DNA of 53,558 nt, the filler included, from Sphacelaria rigidula (Eukaryota): the NCBI GenBank assembly GCA_964200075.2. It is 3 parts of 3 records of this genome, joined end to end, with 100 filler letters (N's around TTAATTAATTAA, not from the genome) between each part and the next. Parts side by side here need not be neighbours in the genome. Positions count along the whole stretch, not along the records: positions 35,779 to 53,558 come from CAXNAA020000996.1; 2 more parts are not named here. One strand, 5' to 3'. Below, one piece after another: positions 49,201 to 53,558 of the stretch. Below the pieces are notes generated by a model. The model saw nothing but the letters and a program-made list of their open reading frames with translations, ran no database searches and had not been told where the DNA came from. Each line of letters begins with the position of its first letter. Within the stretch, counting starts at the first letter, position 1. The translations under genes and the position numbers were made by a program.

Positions 49201-52200
49201 TACGTGAGGCATCGAATGCTGAAATTAGTCATGATTCCGTCGTACCTCGAGTATCGATAGGTAAAATACGCACGGGTATCCTGTACCCTACCCTATTTTG
49301 GGCACCGTTATCTTCCGGGCGTGAGCTGCCACCTCTCATTGTACTCTCGGAAGAAACTCCGTACAGGCACTACACTCGTGCGGTACTATTCTAGTGTGTG
49401 CCCCCTGCCTGTCCCGTTGTATGCGGCCCGCTTGGCTACGGCGAACGCATATTCTTGGGTGAACGGAGCCAGATTCGATATCACATCCTCTCAAGTACGT
49501 GATGAAAGATATCATCTATATTTCTTTCATGAAAGGTCAATATTTTATTAATTACTCTCTAAACGAGGGAGCGAAATCTGTTGAAAGTTCAAGAAAGAGA
49601 AGAAGGGAAAAAAACGCCGTGAAATATCTTGTTTGCATGAACTTGACGCAATAACAGCACAGTTGTCCAGCTCACGATTCTTGTTCAGACTGCCGAAAAC
49701 TCGTGATTCAAGTTATTTAATAGCACAGGAACAAGAACCGTCCAGAAAGAGAAGAGGTATTCGTCTCTCTTGAATAGCCATGCTTTAGCTTCACATACAA
49801 ACACGAAAACACACACACATGCACAAGTGCAGAAGCAATTTGTGTCCGGCACGAACAACGCATCGTATACAACAGCACTGAAGTAGGCACAATACGGCGA
49901 GCTCACGACATTTGTATGGTTACTCTCAGCAAGATACTTGAGGTGCACTTAAGGATAACCGGCGGATAACTACTGGGGACAGGACTCCAACCTCCTGCCT
50001 GAGTAGATGTAAGCTCTTCTGGCGGCCTCATCTCCAACCGTCGTCAATGGGACCTCAGAACCACGAGGTAGCTGTTATGGGATCCCGCTTCTTGAGGGGC
50101 ATTGGTATGCCCTGCCCCTCCATGTTGGTTTCTACGATGGCACGCTCGATTCTCTTTGGGTCCGGGTTTCGAATGAGAGGACCTCCAACGATACAGGGAG
50201 TGCACCCTCCACGTGACCTTTAGATCCATATGCAGGTGATTTCTGAATACTCGGATTCAATAGACTTGTATCCATCTCTCATCTGTTTGCCCCCCCTCTG
50301 TCCGAAGACTGCACCTACCATATCGAACCCCGGAACGGGTCGCCCCGCCCCACCCCTCGAGTGTAGCGTCAAGGGTCACAACACATGAGCACGTACCCAA
50401 AAGTTTTTCACGAAGGGCTGCAGCAAGCGACACACGAGAGGTCGGTTCATCATAATCATTCTTGTTGTACGTCTAGCCGCATCTTACCTCTTGCGCAAAC
50501 ACCGCCTCTGGCGTCGCCGTCGAGTCAACACATGACGCTTTAATGGAGATCACGCAATGCCCGCCGTTCTTGAGGTAGTAATGAGAATTCAGCGCCACAA
50601 TACGCGCCTGTGTCCGAAATGAAAACAAGCGAGCGATTAGCGCAACGCAAGATGCAGGTTTAGGGAACTACAGGTACGCACTCAACAGCGTAAAACGAGA
50701 AGTCGTGAACACCGTGTTGCTTCTCGGTGCGTCGACTGCCGTACTCTGTCCAGGGGGTTACATGACTGAACCATCAAGCGCAGCCTTCCCTTCACCTACC
50801 TTTTTCAGCAACCATAGTGTAATCCTACCGTTGACTCGAATAGGCCTTGCTACTTTCTACACGGTTCAACTTCGAGCACCAATATACCCCTCGACACAAG
50901 ACTTCTTCAACAGGAAGAGTAACCCCTCCCCCCATGCTCCGTCTCGAAAGGGATGCGTAGTCGATGGTTAAACAAGCAAGATAAGCAACAAATGAGAGCA
51001 CTCCCCCCCCCTCCCCGAGCCCCAGTGCAGAATCTCTTGTTACCGTACCACACACCAAGTGCGTGAGAAGCCACAACAGGCACTCTCCACGAGGTAAAAT
51101 CGCACAGTAGGTCAACCATCATATGCCCAGGAAGCCCCTCACAACACAACAGCCATGCCGAAACATGCCGCAAACGTCAAACGTCCTCGGAATATTAACA
51201 GACAATGCCGAACGTACCACAACATACGAATATATTTATCTCACCCACCAGACCCAGTCCAGGAGACTAGAAATTGATGTGAAGGTTCATGCATGTCTCC
51301 TTTTTGTCAACAAGCCCCCCAGAAACGAAAGAAACATGAAGAACAAGGAACAAACCTGGTCAGGCTGAGCAACATCGGCGAAAACGGTGTCCACCATTCC
51401 CACCAGCATACGGTACTTCAGCGGGTGTCGCGCATCTTCTATGATCGGTATGACATTGGTGCGCGACTTGGCCATGTTGATCAGGTCTCGACCCGGTCGG
51501 TGGGCGAACTCCACGGCATACACGCAACCGGAGGGCCCTACGATGTCCGCTACGTGTGAAACTGTCGTGCCCGCCGCGGCACCAAGGTACAGCACCTGCC
51601 GATGCACACACACACACAAACACACGCATGCACGAGAAAGAGATAGTCGGAGATGAATTTCGCTCGTGTTTACAAGATGACTGTGCAAACACGTGCTTGC
51701 AAAAAGTAGCACGGACATCGTCTGCAGCCTCATGTACGGGGAAGTAACAACAACTTGTCAAGGTGAGGAAAAAAAGGGAAGACGGGAAACCCCAAGCCAG
51801 GGTATGGCTGCTTTTACCATGTGCGAGGCGGCAGGATACAGGCACTCTTACTCCGTGGCCGGGGGGGGGGGGGGGGTCGAGCACAGATCAACCCGTCATC
51901 GCAGCAGGGCTGTCGATCATATCTTGATTCCATTGAGATCGATGCATGCCACAGATACACATACCTTAGCGCCGGGTACGATGTGGATGGCATCAACACC
52001 GCCGAGGACAGCAGCCGCCAATTTCGAACGGAAGGGATTCCAGACGCGGTATTCGATCTTGGACGTGGTGCCGTCTGCACCAGGTGGGCCTTCTACGGAG
52101 ATTAGCTTCTCGCCGTAGACTGCCTGAAACAAGGAAATTACCACGGAAAAATTCACCAGTTGAGAGATTGATGTAATCCATGATACACACAAGACGCAAA

Positions 52201-53525
52201 TACTCAAATGTATACGGACCCGCACTGCTTTGCTTCACGTGCCACTGCGGAACAAGACGGGGCACCTCAGTTCGAGGGCTCGCAAGCAAGGGAAGGACAG
52301 TAATCCAAGTCATGGTGTGAAAAAAGTCGTGCTGGCCGGGCAACGAAACAAGGCCAAGATATAGTACTTTTGATAGGCATGCACGCTTGTTGCCGCGATG
52401 CGATGCGATAGGTGAATGATTCAATGCTAACACGGTGGCCACACCACATATTCGAAGTTCGCATGGGCAGGGATTCACGTCGCAGGCCCGTGCTGTGGGC
52501 CAGGCCCTTTCACAACTTCATCATCGGCACGCCTTTTGCCTCGTCGAAACACTAATCCCCAACAACCACTTTGAATAACGGTGAGTGGGGCTGCCTCTGT
52601 CTCGTGCGAGGCTTTCACAAAGACAGACGACGACTGGCTAGGACGAGCCACGTGCGGGTTGATGGCATCGAGAGTTGCCCTGAAAAAGTAGCTTTTATAT
52701 CTTTTTTTCTTCTATTATGCCGCTCTTCGTGACGCCGCTTCCCGAAAATCAGTCCAGTGTGGTGTGCAAAAAAACGCGAGGCGAGACCAACTACACTTCA
52801 CTATACCAAGAATAAAACAACGATAAAACTTGACACGCTAAAAAATATCCAAGTCCGGATTCCACACCACCGATCTGCTCCAGAACACAAGCGAAGATAT
52901 CATCCTTGTCTCCTGTTCGCCCGCTCTGTATCAAGAACACGGAGATCTCTGGGCTAGCGAAAAGCAAGGAATACCTTTCGACCACTCAATTGTCTGTGAG
53001 CAACCTCATGCCAATGGTGAGGAGGGAAAAGCTCCATAATCCTATTTCACCGATGCTCCTCGGTGAAGTGCATCTCTCGAGCATTGGATCATGACTCATC
53101 AGCACTACGTAGCTCGTAAACCTTGGTAAATTCTAGCTTACTCACGTCCTGATGATTTCGGGGGACCGAAACCGACGAACAAAATGTACGTTGAACGTCG
53201 GTATTCAAATCTACGAATCTGTTTGCCTTGGCCGATTACTCATCACTTCGCTCGACCCGAAGGGCGGTGCACGGCGAGCAGATAGCGAGCGAGCTACCTT
53301 GAAAATATTATGAAATTGAAACAACTAGAAAATAAGTCTTCGACGTTGTCTTACTTTTCCCGGGGCGCTGTTTAGTGTGCACAGCGCATCTTCTTTTCCT
53401 CGCGCCACAAACACCCCCTCGTGTCGGTGTGGTTCAACCACAACCTTGGCGCCCCCCTTCATTCCACCTTTGGCCCCCGCCAACCCCCCCAGGCCCCCCC
53501 CCCGGCGCCCGCCCCCCCCGCCCCG

Positions 53526-53558
<33 letters not shown>
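46224..53558 (-). CDS. FBL: rRNA 2'-O-methyltransferase fibrillarin (Nop1), 5'-truncated at the window end
   Basis: All phase-0 GT-AG exons: 53355->53558 ([32 protein letters not shown]), 51965-52123 ([21 protein letters not shown]), 51356-51595 ([46 protein letters not shown]), 50488-50607 ([30 protein letters not shown]), 46224-46349 (..[18 protein letters not shown]). Confidence 0.98.
46802..48591. mobile_element. Non-autonomous Tc1/mariner-like element (TA TSD) in the last fibrillarin intron
   Basis: TA|CAGTTATGGGCGCGCCTGACCCCCC..AAAAAAGTGTCACCGACCAAAA ... TTTTGGTCGGTGACACTTTTTT..GGGGGGTCAGGCGCGCCCATAACAG|TA, TIR about 65-70 bp. No intact transposase seen. Confidence 0.85.
48642..49018. 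mobile_element. MITE-like element with GAGCTA motif arrays and an 85-bp tandem duplication
   Basis: Ends CACACGTCGGACAG / CTGTCCCACGTATG. Units at ~48751-48835 and ~48836-48920 both begin GGGTGAGCTATGAGAGCTGT. Confidence 0.7.
49138..49290. mobile_element. Small MITE-like element with GTAC-rich interior
   Basis: Perfect 10-bp TIR TAGGGTACAG / CTGTACCCTA. Confidence 0.5.

Noticed and set aside
53140-53210. Hammerhead ribozyme (+ strand CTGATGA...GAAAC...GTA)
   Set aside because: Stem III can form, but stem I has no pairing and stem II lacks a closing base pair.
53480-53558. Poly-C tract or G-quadruplex element
   Set aside because: Most likely low-quality sequence through the G-rich GAR-coding region of fibrillarin at the contig end.

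Overview
Eukaryotic, intron-rich and transposon-rich scaffold. It is most likely a brown alga or related stramenopile (inference from gene architecture and repeat types). There are two N-gaps joined by artificial TTAATTAATTAA linkers. Genes reconstructed by hand from GT-AG, phase-consistent exons: (1) fibrillarin on the - strand (46224 to beyond the window end, 5 visible exons); (2) a spliced homolog of the meiotic crossover factor M1AP on the + strand (24241-30628, 5' end unresolved); (3) a small stand-alone PARP-type zinc-finger gene (37699-39092 +); (4) an unknown small gene head-to-head with M1AP; (5) a 585-codon orphan ORF and a probable set of minus-strand exons near the window start. 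Most non-coding DNA is mobile-element derived: an RTE LINE with nested insertions, tRNA-derived SINEs, Tourist/PIF-like foldback MITEs, a TA-flanked Tc1/mariner-like element and a TGT..ACA Ginger-like element. The most unusual structure, present twice, is a directional array with a 42-43-bp period. Each unit is a conserved bipartite motif (CAATATATATTG-N6-CAATAT) followed by a unique 17-18-nt spacer. Most ORFs in the six-frame track are spurious.
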